From: Candidatus Sericytochromatia bacterium
GTDB taxonomy: Bacteria > Cyanobacteriota > Sericytochromatia > S15B-MN24 > UBA4093
Length of the DNA: 64,000 bases
Assembly (NCBI GenBank): GCA_036676985.1
Contig: JAKFBU010000027.1
Coordinates: forward strand, 128,001-192,000
Direction of reading: 5' to 3'
This document shows positions 50,251 to 59,520 of this stretch, piece after piece (the first letter of the stretch is position 1; every line of letters starts with the position of its first letter). The translations under genes and the position numbers were made by a program. The notes below the pieces were generated by a model. It saw only the letters and a program-made list of their open reading frames with translations, was not told the DNA's origin and searched no databases.

Positions 50251-52338
50251 ATGGCCAGCAGTGCCGAAGAAGGACGAAACGCCTACCGAGCCGGTCGCTT
50301 CGACGAGGCGGCCCGCTACCTGCGTGACGCCGTGGCGGCGGCCCCCCAGGACGGGGCCCTGCGCCTGATGCTCGCGCGCAGCCTGGAACAGGGCGGTCAC
50401 CCGGTTCAAGCCCGGGAGCATTTTCGCTACGCCGCCCAGCACGCCCAGGCCCCCGAACACCAAAAGCTCGCTGCCCAGGCCCTCGCAGAGCTGGACAACC
50501 CGCCGGACGAACTGACGCAGCGTCTGATTCACGCCGGACACCTCACCGAGCCCGACCTCCAGCGCGCAGCCGCCGCTCGACGTGCTGACGAGACCCCGCT
50601 CGCGGCCGTCCTGCGCACCACCTCCGTCCGGTTCTCGGATCTCGTGGGCGTCCGGTTCAGCGCCATTGCGCTGAATCCTTCGTTCGAGCGTCCCTACATC
50701 GATCGCCTCGGCATGCGCCTGGTAGCGAGCAAGACCATCACCCAGTTCCAGCTGAAGCAGGCCCTGATGGCCCAGGCTCGGACCGTGCGTCCGCTCGGTC
50801 GAATCCTCGTCGAGAGCTTCGGAATAAGCGAGGCCGCCGTTCGCGAGGCGGCCCAGGCACACACTCCTCCTGCCCCCAAGCTCACGGATGCGGATTCCCT
50901 GGGCGCCACGCTCATCCGCTGGGGGCTGATCACGCCCCGTCAGTGGCAGCAGGTCTTGCAGGCGGGGCGATCGCCCGCCGAGACCCTCGTGGCCCAGCAT
51001 CTCGCCAACCGCGACCATCTGCTCCGCGTCCAGGCCTATCAGAAGGCCAAGCTCGCGGCCCAGGCGGAACGGCGCCATCGCCTCGGCGACGTGCTCGTCG
51101 AGCTCGGGCACATGGACCGGGACGCGCTCGCCAAGATGCTCGCCTGCCAGGTGGACCAGCCCTTCATGTTCGGCGAGTTGCTCGTCATGCAGCGCGTTTG
51201 CTCGCCCGAGGCCGTGCTCGAGGGGCTGGCCGAGCAGCAACGCCTCTACATCGAGGACGCCGAGGCCTTCCTCCCGCCTCTGGAACCAGTCCAGCCGCCC
51301 GAACCCGTTGCAGCCCTCGAAGCGGAGGTGAAGCCCCGCCCCGACCGACGACGTCAGTGGGCGATGGCCGCCGCGGCCGCAGCGCTTCTGGGGTACGGCG
51401 CATGGTACGGCTTGCGGTATGCCGGCAACGACTACGGCTGGCTCGGCCTGTTTCGCCAGCCCGGCGCGGAGTCCCGGAGCGATCGCACGGGCGCCATGGG
51501 CGAGCTGCGCGGGGGCGCCGAGGAACCCGACGGGCCGGAGGCTCCCAACTCACGCTTCGATCCGCTCAACGTCCCCGAGACCCAGGTCGAAGTGGGCCGC
51601 ACGGGCGCGCAGATGGAAGGCACGCCCCCCGAGCCCTACGAGCCGTTCGCCCGCGACGGTGCCCCCACGACCCCCAACATGCTGGTTCAGGGCAGCGAGC
51701 TGGCACCCGGCATCTCCCCGAAGAGCGGCTTACAGCCCGAGGTCCCCTTCGACGGCGGCGGCAACGCGCGGTCCGGGGTGAGCTACCCGATGCAGGCCGG
51801 TGAGACGGTGCGGGGCGATCGCTACGCCATGTCCCCTAGCGAGGGGGAGCAGGCCCAAGGCGACCCCATGCGGCGCGCGGAAGGCCCCCAGGGGCGTACC
51901 GGCGCCCCGGAACGCACCGCTCAGCGCGTCGGGCCGCAGGGCGTGAGGTACGGCATGGGGACGGCCGAGGGCAACCAGGCCCTCACACCACCCGCCAAGG
52001 TGCCCGGCGCGCCCGTCGCCCGCATCGGAAACCGCCAACTGGAAGCCCAGAACGAGCTGGACGACGCCACGGTCAACCAGTCCAGCTCCATCTTCCGGTT
52101 TCGGCTGGGCCAGGCCTACTTCGCGCAGGGGAAGTACGACTCCGCTCGCCAGGAGTTCCTCGCGGCCCGCGCGGCCGACCTCAAAAACCCGCTGCCGCTC
52201 TATTTCCTGGGCCGTCTGAGCGAGCAGCGCGGGACCGCCGACGCGGCCCGGCTCTACTACCGGCAATACCTCCAACAGGCGCCCAGCGGCGAGTTCAGCG
52301 GGGAGGCGAGGACCCGTCTACGCTCGCTGGGCGACTAA
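50251..52338 (+). CDS. Single-pass membrane protein: TPR, multiple MshEN-like repeats, TM, linker, TPR
   Basis: RLGMRLV..QALMAQ, RLGDVLVELGHM..LAKML..Q and related repeats; TPR helices at both ends. Confidence 0.7.
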   Translation: MASSAEEGRNAYRAGRFDEAARYLRDAVAAAPQDGALRLMLARSLEQGGHPVQAREHFRYAAQHAQAPEHQKLAAQALAELDNPPDELTQRLIHAGHLTEPDLQRAAAARRADETPLAAVLRTTSVRFSDLVGVRFSAIALNPSFERPYIDRLGMRLVASKTITQFQLKQALMAQARTVRPLGRILVESFGISEAAVREAAQAHTPPAPKLTDADSLGATLIRWGLITPRQWQQVLQAGRSPAETLVAQHLANRDHLLRVQAYQKAKLAAQAERRHRLGDVLVELGHMDRDALAKMLACQVDQPFMFGELLVMQRVCSPEAVLEGLAEQQRLYIEDAEAFLPPLEPVQPPEPVAALEAEVKPRPDRRRQWAMAAAAAALLGYGAWYGLRYAGNDYGWLGLFRQPGAESRSDRTGAMGELRGGAEEPDGPEAPNSRFDPLNVPETQVEVGRTGAQMEGTPPEPYEPFARDGAPTTPNMLVQGSELAPGISPKSGLQPEVPFDGGGNARSGVSYPMQAGETVRGDRYAMSPSEGEQAQGDPMRRAEGPQGRTGAPERTAQRVGPQGVRYGMGTAEGNQALTPPAKVPGAPVARIGNRQLEAQNELDDATVNQSSSIFRFRLGQAYFAQGKYDSARQEFLAARAADLKNPLPLYFLGRLSEQRGTADAARLYYRQYLQQAPSGEFSGEARTRLRSLGD

Positions 52339-52471
52339 CGCACGTTTAAGGTCGGATGTTCTCTTTTGCCAAAGGGCTTTTACCTGGCCGCCCTTCGTGT
52401 TAGAATGACACTTCGTGTCGGCACGAGCGAGCGTTCGTTCGAACAATCCGCCGACAAAAGGAGGTGACAAC

Positions 52472-52741
52472 TTGGCTAAGCGTATCAAGTCCGGTATCAA
52501 GCGGGTCGAAATTGCGGAGCGTAACCGCCAGCGCAATGTGGCCGTCAAGTCGGCCGTCAAGACCCGGATCAAGCGTGTTCAGACGGCTTTGGCCGGCGAT
52601 GACCAGGCTCTCACCGCGGATCTTCTGAAGGTGGCGATCAGCGCGATCGATCGCGCCGCCCGCAAGGGGATTCTTCATCCGAACACCGCTGCGCGCCGCA
52701 AGTCGCGGCTGGTTAAGGCCCTCAACGCCAAGACCGTCTAG
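52472..52741 (+). CDS. rpsT: 30S ribosomal protein S20
   Basis: AKRIKSGIKR..RN..KSAVKT..IDRAARKGILHPNTAARRKSRL; AGGAGG + TTG. Confidence 0.97.
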   Translation: MAKRIKSGIKRVEIAERNRQRNVAVKSAVKTRIKRVQTALAGDDQALTADLLKVAISAIDRAARKGILHPNTAARRKSRLVKALNAKTV

Positions 52742-52847
52742 CGCCGGCGGAGCGTCCGACAAAACTGTCCTCATAGCCGCCAAAAGCGGCCACTGGCCTC
52801 AAAAGCCCGGTTTTGTCGACTGATCTGGATCGGAAGCAAACTCTGAC

Positions 52848-52887
52848 AAAGAACCTGCGCCGTCTCAGGCAGGTTCTTTTGTTTTTT
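52848..52887 (+). terminator. Rho-independent terminator after rpsT
   Basis: AAAGAACCTGC..GCAGGTTCTTT followed by a T-rich tail. Confidence 0.8.
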
Positions 52888-53009
52888 CTCCGGCTGCAGA
52901 TTTAGGCACTCCTTAAGACAAGATTCAACTCCCCTTTAACAAGTTTTCGGCCGGTCGGCCTATAACCCTCCTACGGACGTGTTAGGAAACCGTCACCAAG
53001 GAGGATGGG

Positions 53010-53783
53010 ATGAAGACTTTTCGCACTGCACTCGCCACACTGATGGTCCTAGGACTGGTCGGCTGCGGCATGCCCGGTACGGCCACCAGCCCCAACCGTT
53101 CTCTTGCCAGCTCTTCGAGCGCCGACCTCTCTCAGGCGGAATCCATCGAGTTCGACTCGATCAACAACAGCGGCCAGCTGGACGAGCTGGACGACGAGGC
53201 GCTCGCCGAGCTCGCCGACGAGTCCGATCTGGCTTCCGGCTACGAGGGCCAGCTCCTGGGCCTGGGCTCGACCAAGATCGGCTACATCCGCTCGACCGAA
53301 GACGGCAAGTTCTTCCTCCAGGCCAAGAAGGGCATCTGGAAGCGCAAGGACGTGAGCTACACGCTCTCCCCTTCCAAGGAAGACGTCTCGCTCAAGCTCG
53401 CCAAGCGCCTCAATGACCGCGTCCTGGTCCGTGGCACCAACAAGGATGGCACGATCACCGTCAAGTCGGTCTACCAGGTGCCCGACACCGGCGTCGTGCT
53501 CGACATGCTGCGTACCGGCTGCGTGAGCGGCAAGGTTTACAACGGCAAGACCCTCGTCGCCCTGAGCGGCGCGTCCATCACCCTTCGCTCGGTCGATACC
53601 GGACGGATCTATCGCGCCGTCACCAAGAAGGATGGTCGCTACCGTGTGAGTCGCCTGGTTCCCGGTGACTACACGACCGAGGTCACCCTCGCCGGCTTCG
53701 CCAAGGGCACCCTGGCCAAGGTGACGGTCGCCAAGCGCAAGAGCACCTCGGCGAACGTTCCCCTCTCGGATTCCTCGATCTAA
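53010..53783 (+). CDS. Lipoprotein with C-terminal carboxypeptidase-regulatory-like domain
   Basis: Lipobox LVGC; SGKV..LSGA.I..T..DGRY..L.PG.Y..AGF. Confidence 0.75.
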   Translation: MKTFRTALATLMVLGLVGCGMPGTATSPNRSLASSSSADLSQAESIEFDSINNSGQLDELDDEALAELADESDLASGYEGQLLGLGSTKIGYIRSTEDGKFFLQAKKGIWKRKDVSYTLSPSKEDVSLKLAKRLNDRVLVRGTNKDGTITVKSVYQVPDTGVVLDMLRTGCVSGKVYNGKTLVALSGASITLRSVDTGRIYRAVTKKDGRYRVSRLVPGDYTTEVTLAGFAKGTLAKVTVAKRKSTSANVPLSDSSI

Positions 53784-53804
53784 CTCCCACCCCCTCCTCC
53801 TAAC

Positions 53805-53845
53805 GAATCCGGGGGCCTCGAACGAGGCCCCCGGATTCTTTTTTT
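53805..53845 (+). terminator. Rho-independent terminator between convergent genes
   Basis: GAATCCGGGGGCCTCG-AA-CGAGGCCCCCGGATTC followed by a T run. Confidence 0.85.
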
Positions 53846-53858
53846 CTTGCGATGGCGC

Positions 53859-54854
53859 TTAAAGCACCGTCGCCAGGCGGACCAGCATCCGTTCGAGCTG
53901 TAGGGCCTCGACGCCCCGACCCGACGAGGTCTTGAGGGCCACGTCCGTCTCGAGGAGCAATGAGAGCCCGGCCTGCAACTGCCGAGAATTGAACTTGCGG
54001 GCGCTTTCCAGGTCCTTCTTGACCTTGAAGTTGCTCTTGGCGCCGATGGCTTGAGTGATGGCATCTACGCTCATGCCGCGCTCGGCCAGGATCTTGACCT
54101 GGAGCCACGAGCGCATGAGCGTGGCCATGGTCGCGAGCACCTTGAGTGCTGCCTCGGTCACGAGCAGCTTGCGCATGCGCGTCACGGCCTCGACCGGGTT
54201 GCGATCGCCGATGGCCTGGAGCACGGCGAAGACGTCCGTCTCCCCCGGCGATCCCAGCACCTCGAGCATCTCGAGGGTGATCGGCGCCCCGCTCGCGTAG
54301 GTCGCGAGCTTGTCGAGCTCGTTGGCGAGCTTCCAGCGATCGATGCCGAGCGACTCCACCATGGTCTTGGCCACGTCGTTGCCGAGCTTCACGCCCCGGT
54401 CGCGGGCCTGACCCATCAGCCAGTCGGCGGCTCGGTCCTTCTCCTCCCAGGGCTTGGCCCCTCCGAATTCCTTGGCGTCGATATTGCCGAGGATGGCCTT
54501 GGTCTGCGTCAGGCGCTTGTCGATGCTGCCGGTGACCGAGAAGGCGAGGTGACAGCCCGGGGGGAGTCCCTTCAAGATGAGGTCCACGAGCCCCTGGACG
54601 TCTTCGGCCGCGAACTTACCGGCCGAGAAGAACAGGCAGTCCCGCACCAGGACGAGGCGTCCGCCGAGACCGAAGGGCATGGTCGCGGCAGCGGCGGCCA
54701 CCTCGCTGGGCAGGACCGTGCGACCGTCGAGGAGGTTGAAGTTCATGGCCTTGAATCCCGGATCGACGATCGCCGCGATCAGCGCATCCTCGGCTACCTT
54801 GAGGGAGTAGGCATCATCCCCATACAGCAGCGTGACCGGGCTCGGCGCGGCCAT
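53859..54854 (-). CDS. holA: DNA polymerase III delta subunit
   Basis: LLYGDD, TMPF..RLVLV, DKR, NELDKL..Y, D..LKT; lies near rpsT. Confidence 0.88.
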   Translation of the reverse strand: MAAPSPVTLLYGDDAYSLKVAEDALIAAIVDPGFKAMNFNLLDGRTVLPSEVAAAAATMPFGLGGRLVLVRDCLFFSAGKFAAEDVQGLVDLILKGLPPGCHLAFSVTGSIDKRLTQTKAILGNIDAKEFGGAKPWEEKDRAADWLMGQARDRGVKLGNDVAKTMVESLGIDRWKLANELDKLATYASGAPITLEMLEVLGSPGETDVFAVLQAIGDRNPVEAVTRMRKLLVTEAALKVLATMATLMRSWLQVKILAERGMSVDAITQAIGAKSNFKVKKDLESARKFNSRQLQAGLSLLLETDVALKTSSGRGVEALQLERMLVRLATVL

Positions 54855-54862
54855 GGATCCCC

Positions 54863-55621
54863 CTAGGGCCGGGCGCCGAAGCGACGCTCGCGTCCCTGGA
54901 AGTCGAGCAACGCCACGCGGAAGTCATCCTTGCGGAAGTCGGGCCAGAGGGTCTCGGTGATGTAGATCTCGGTGTAGGCGAGCTGCCAGAGCAGGTAGTT
55001 GCTGATGCGGCACTCGCCGCTGGTGCGGATCAAGAGGTCGGGGTCGGGCTGACCGGCCGTGTAGAAGAAGCTGCCGAGGCGCTCCTCGTTCAGCCCGTCG
55101 GCGTCGATCTGACCGGCCTGGGCGGCACGGGCGACGGCCTTGACCACCTCGAGGATCTCGCGGCGCCCGCCGTAGTTGAGGGCGATGTTGAGGGTCAGCT
55201 TGGTGTTGGAGCCCGTGCGGGCCTCCGCCTGCTGGATGGTCGAGCGGATCTTGGGGTTGAGCTCGTCGATCTCGCCGATGAAGCGCATGCGGACGCCGGC
55301 GTCGTCGAGCGTCTCGACCTCGCGGGCGATCGTCTCGTTGAAGAGGTTCCAGAGGTAACCGACCTCGTCCTCCGAGCGCTTCCAGTTCTCTGTCGAGAAC
55401 GCGTAGACCGTCAGGTAGGGAATGCCCAGGTCGACGCACGAGCGGACGAGCTCGCGCAGCGTGTCGACGCCGGCGCGGTGGCCCTGCTTGCCGGGAAGCA
55501 AGCGGCTGATGGCCCAGCGGCGATTGCCGTCCATGATCACCGCCACGTGCTCCGGAAGGCGGGTCCGATCCACCCCCTCCCAGGAAGTCGCATGTTCCAC
55601 TTTGCTCGATTTGGCCGTCAT
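54863..55621 (-). CDS. uppS: Isoprenyl transferase / undecaprenyl diphosphate synthase
   Basis: HVAVIMDGNRRWA, YAFSTENWKR, NYGGR, RTSGE.RISNYLLWQ. Confidence 0.97.
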   Translation of the reverse strand: MTAKSSKVEHATSWEGVDRTRLPEHVAVIMDGNRRWAISRLLPGKQGHRAGVDTLRELVRSCVDLGIPYLTVYAFSTENWKRSEDEVGYLWNLFNETIAREVETLDDAGVRMRFIGEIDELNPKIRSTIQQAEARTGSNTKLTLNIALNYGGRREILEVVKAVARAAQAGQIDADGLNEERLGSFFYTAGQPDPDLLIRTSGECRISNYLLWQLAYTEIYITETLWPDFRKDDFRVALLDFQGRERRFGARP

Positions 55622-55664
55622 CGTTTCTCCGTGAGTGTCCGGGGCCTTCCCGGCGCGTTGCAGT

Positions 55665-56039
55665 CTATGGCTCCAGGATCTCAACCTCGCTGGGCGTGAG
55701 CTCCCAGCGGATGCCCGGCGGTCCCGACACGTTGAGCGGGACGACCGTGGGCTTGCCGCCCCACCGGTGCTTGAGGTCGACGAAGACCTCGAGGTCCTGG
55801 TTGCTGAGTTTGTTGATGGCCGCCTTGGGGCCCTCGATGAGGACCTCGGCCACGGCCGGGTCCGTCCGCAAGGTGCGGGAGGCCGGCTGGTTCTTGAGCT
55901 TGATCTCGACCGAGACCTTGCGCTTGTCGCTGTCGATGCGGGGCAGGAGCCCCACGAAGATCCACAGGGTGATGGCCATCAGAATGGCGATCACCTGGAG
56001 CCCGCGGTTGCTCTCCTCTTTGGCCCATAACGCGAACAT
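55665..56039 (-). CDS. Short CdaR/YbbR-like protein (one TM + one YbbR domain)
   Basis: AITLWIFV, V.I.GP, VFVDL, P.EVEI; directly downstream of cdaA. Confidence 0.7.
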   Translation of the reverse strand: MFALWAKEESNRGLQVIAILMAITLWIFVGLLPRIDSDKRKVSVEIKLKNQPASRTLRTDPAVAEVLIEGPKAAINKLSNQDLEVFVDLKHRWGGKPTVVPLNVSGPPGIRWELTPSEVEILEP

Positions 56040-56040
56040 A

Positions 56041-56883
56041 TCAGCTCGACTTGCGATAGAAGGGCAGCGACAGGTTCATGGTCGCGGCCTTGGGGGCCTG
56101 GTACAGTCCGGAGAGCATGCCGCGCAGGTCGTCCTCCGTGAGGTGCCGCTGCAGCTGGCCCATCTGGGCCACCGAGATGACGCCCGTCTCCTCGGAGACG
56201 ACGACGGCCACCGCGTCGGTGGTCTCGGAGAGGCCAAGAGCCGCCCGGTGGCGGGTGCCGATGGGGCGCTTCTGGGTGCGCCGGAAGTTCTCGGACAGCG
56301 GCAGCAGGGCGCCCGCCGCGACGATGCGATCGCCCCGGATGATCACGGCCCCGTCGTGCAGGGGCGAGTTCGGGAAGAAGATCGAGGTCAAGAGGTCTGA
56401 CGTCACCAGGCCCTGGATGGTGGTGCCCGTTTCGATGAACTCGTTGAGGCCCGTCTGGCGCTCCAGGATGATGAGCGCTCCGATCTTGCGGGAGCTCAGC
56501 ATGCGCACGGCCATGACGACCTCGTCCACCACCCGCGTGGTGTCGGCCGTCGACTTGCCGAAGAGCTCGCTGCGGAAGAGCTCGCCCTGACCCAAGAGGG
56601 AGAGCGCGCGGCGCAGCTCGGGCTGGAACACGATGGGGATGGCCACGATGATCATGGTGGCGGTGCTCTGCACCAGCCAGGTGATGGTGTTGAGCTGCAG
56701 GGCCCGGCTCAGGAGATAAGCCACCAGCAGCAGGAGCACGCCGCGCAGCAGCTGGACCGCCCGGGTTCCCTTGATGAGGAGGAACAGGCGGTAGAGGACC
56801 ACGCTGACGAGCAGGATGTCGAGTAGGTCCTGCCAGCGCAGGTTGGTGGCGAACTGCTGGAGGATCGCGAGCCAGTAGGCCAT
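56041..56883 (-). CDS. cdaA: Diadenylate cyclase CdaA
   Basis: FQPELRR, LHDGA, GTRHRAA, VSEETG. Confidence 0.95.
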   Translation of the reverse strand: MAYWLAILQQFATNLRWQDLLDILLVSVVLYRLFLLIKGTRAVQLLRGVLLLLVAYLLSRALQLNTITWLVQSTATMIIVAIPIVFQPELRRALSLLGQGELFRSELFGKSTADTTRVVDEVVMAVRMLSSRKIGALIILERQTGLNEFIETGTTIQGLVTSDLLTSIFFPNSPLHDGAVIIRGDRIVAAGALLPLSENFRRTQKRPIGTRHRAALGLSETTDAVAVVVSEETGVISVAQMGQLQRHLTEDDLRGMLSGLYQAPKAATMNLSLPFYRKSS

Positions 56884-58230
56884 CTAGCGATTCCCCCCGA
56901 GCCTGGGCGGCAGGCGATCGCGCGACACCAGGTCCGCGAGCGTCTCGCGCTCGGCGATGACCTCGGCCTTGCCGTCGGCCACCAGCACCATGGCCGGGCG
57001 CGCGAGGCGGTTGTAGTTGGACGCCATCGAGTAGCAGTAGGCCCCCGTATCCCAGATCACCACCTGGTCACCGGCCTTGAGCCGGGGCACGCTGAGGTCC
57101 GCGATGAGCACGTCGCCGGACTCGCAGCACTTGCCAGCGAGCGTCACGACCTCCTCGGGCGGGGCCACCTGGACGGCGTCCGCCTGGTACTTGGCGCCGT
57201 AGGTGATGGGGCGCGGGTTGTCCGGCATGCCGCCATCCACCGACAGGTAGGTGCGAAGGTTCGGAATCTCCTTGCGGGTGCCGACGCTGTAGACCGTCAC
57301 GCCGGCCGTGCCGACGATGGAGCGGCCGGGCTCCAGGAGGAGCTTGGGGAGCTCCAGGCCGCGCAGCTTGCAGCCAGCGACCATGCGCTCGCTGATGGCC
57401 GCCACCAGCTCGTCGATGGAGGGCGGGTCGTCCTCCTCGGTGTAGGCGATGCCGAGTCCGCCGCCCACGTCGACCTCGGGAACGCGCACGCCGTGGGTCC
57501 GCTCCAGGTGGACCGAGAGGTCCAGGAGCACGTCCACGTTGGCGAGGTACGGATCGATGTCGAAGATCTGCGAGCCGATGTGGCCCTGCAGCCCCCGGAA
57601 CTGGAGGTGCGGGTGGTTGCGCAGGTAGCGCATGGCCTCGTCGAGCTGCTGCGGCAGGTCGAGGCCGAACTTGGTGTCGATGTGGCCCGTCTGGATGTAC
57701 TCGTGGGTGTGCGCCTCGATGCCGGGCGTGACGCGCAGGATGACCTGGGGACGCACGCCGAGCTCGGCGGCGATGGAGCCCAGGAGCACGAGCTCGTCCA
57801 GGTTGTCGACCATGAAGCGCCCGATCCCCTCCTCGAGGGCGAGGCGCAGCTCGTCGGGGCTCTTGTTGTTGCCCTGGAAGTGGATGCGCTCGGGCGGAAC
57901 ACCCGCCTTGAGGGCCGTGAACAGCTCGCCGCCGGAGACGACCTCGGTGCCCATGCCTTCCTCGTGGACGAGGCGGTTGATGGCGAGGTTGCAGAGGGCC
58001 TTGCTGGCGTAGAGGATCTCGGACGGCCCCGGATAGTACGCCTTCACGGCTCGCAGGTACGCCTGGGCGGACGCGCGAATGGTGTCCTCGTCGACGACGT
58101 AGAGCGGCGTGCCGTAGGTGCGGGCCAACTCGCCGAGGTCGCATCCCCCGATGTCCCAGCGACCCTGGGCGTTGACGCGGGCCGTCATGGGGCGGATGCG
58201 CTGGTTGCTGGCCTGTTCGGTGAGGGGCAT
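56884..58230 (-). CDS. lysA: Diaminopimelate decarboxylase
   Basis: YGTPLY, YASKA, GNNKS, KFG, HIGSQ, EPGRS, CESGD, GAY..SM.SNYN. Confidence 0.96.
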   Translation of the reverse strand: MPLTEQASNQRIRPMTARVNAQGRWDIGGCDLGELARTYGTPLYVVDEDTIRASAQAYLRAVKAYYPGPSEILYASKALCNLAINRLVHEEGMGTEVVSGGELFTALKAGVPPERIHFQGNNKSPDELRLALEEGIGRFMVDNLDELVLLGSIAAELGVRPQVILRVTPGIEAHTHEYIQTGHIDTKFGLDLPQQLDEAMRYLRNHPHLQFRGLQGHIGSQIFDIDPYLANVDVLLDLSVHLERTHGVRVPEVDVGGGLGIAYTEEDDPPSIDELVAAISERMVAGCKLRGLELPKLLLEPGRSIVGTAGVTVYSVGTRKEIPNLRTYLSVDGGMPDNPRPITYGAKYQADAVQVAPPEEVVTLAGKCCESGDVLIADLSVPRLKAGDQVVIWDTGAYCYSMASNYNRLARPAMVLVADGKAEVIAERETLADLVSRDRLPPRLGGNR

Positions 58231-58422
58231 GGGGGTCCTTTGATGGCGGCTGGGCGCGGGGCGCGCTCCGAACACCGGCGACGACCGGCAGCGCAAAGCC
58301 GGGTGGAAGCGTGGCGCGGCGCGCTCAGTATACCATGCCTGACCCCCGAAAATCAGCCTCATGGCCCGTGTGGTATCATGCTCAGACTCTACGCATCCGC
58401 TTCAACTCAGCCCCGAGACACC

Positions 58423-59520
58423 ATGCGCATCCGCCACATCCTCGATCTTCTGGAAGAACTGGCCCCGTTGTCCTATGCGGCATCGTGGGACAACTGCGGA
58501 CTGCAAGTCGGGGATCCGGACGAGACCTGCTCGGGCGTGCTCGTCACCGTCAATCCGTCCCTCGCCGCGGTCCAGGAGGCCGAACGGGTCGGCGCGAATC
58601 TCGTCGTCGCCCACCACCCCTTGCTCTTCAAGGCCACCAAGCGCCTCGATACCCGCAGGGATCCCGGCCGCACCGTGGCGCACCTCGTCAAGGCGGGCAT
58701 CACCTGCTACGCGGCGCACACCAACCTGGACGCGACCGCCTGCAACCATCATCTGTCGGCCCTCATCGGCCTCAAGATGGATCGGGTGCTCCAGGCGGAG
58801 GGACGCCACCCGTGGTTCAAGCTCAGCGTGCTCGTGCCCGCGGGCTCGGAACGGTCCCTGCTCGAGGCCCTCTGGCAGGCCGGGGCGGGTCAGACGGGAG
58901 CCTACGACCGCGTCTCGTTCACGTCTGAGGGCACGGCGTCGTTCCGGCCCCTGCCGGGCTCGAGCCCGAGCCTGGGCCGGATCGGCACGGATCACGCGGG
59001 GGCAGAGGTCCGCGTGGAGGTTCTGGTGCCGGCGCCGGTCCGCGGCGCGGTGCTCGCAGCGCTCGTCAAGGCGCATCCCTACGAGGCGCCCGCCTACGAT
59101 CTCGTCCGGCTCGAAAACGGCGGGGAGTCCTACGGCATCGGCCTCTGGGGCGAGCTGGAGTCCCCCTTGACCGTCGGGGAGATCGCCGAGCGCGTCCGCA
59201 CGGCTCTCTCGCCCCGGAGCCTGCGCCTGGTCGGCGACAAGAGCCGGCTGGTCCGCCGCGTCGGCGTCTGCTCGGGGGCGGGCGGCGATCTGGCGGAGGC
59301 CGCCATCGCGCAGGGCGTCGATTGCTACATCACCGGAGAGGTCCGGTACCACACGGCCCTGGAAGCGGCTGAGCAAGGGCTCGCCATCCTGGAGGCCGGC
59401 CACCAGGCGACCGAGCAGCCGGTGGTCGATTACGTCACGAACTACTTGGCCGCGCGCGTTCCGGAAACGCTTCCCATCGTCGGATTCGCCGAGCCTGAAC
59501 CATTCGAGGTATTGAGCTAA
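58423..59520 (+). CDS. Nif3-like dinuclear metal centre protein (YqfO/YbgI)
   Basis: WDNCGLQVG, HHPLLF, HTNLD, HPYE.PAYD, GHQATE. Confidence 0.93.
   Translation: MRIRHILDLLEELAPLSYAASWDNCGLQVGDPDETCSGVLVTVNPSLAAVQEAERVGANLVVAHHPLLFKATKRLDTRRDPGRTVAHLVKAGITCYAAHTNLDATACNHHLSALIGLKMDRVLQAEGRHPWFKLSVLVPAGSERSLLEALWQAGAGQTGAYDRVSFTSEGTASFRPLPGSSPSLGRIGTDHAGAEVRVEVLVPAPVRGAVLAALVKAHPYEAPAYDLVRLENGGESYGIGLWGELESPLTVGEIAERVRTALSPRSLRLVGDKSRLVRRVGVCSGAGGDLAEAAIAQGVDCYITGEVRYHTALEAAEQGLAILEAGHQATEQPVVDYVTNYLAARVPETLPIVGFAEPEPFEVLS

Noticed and set aside
57493-58422. N-terminal extension of the Nif3 ORF (675 aa in the track)
   Set aside because: Overlaps lysA on the opposite strand; family similarity begins at ATG 58423.
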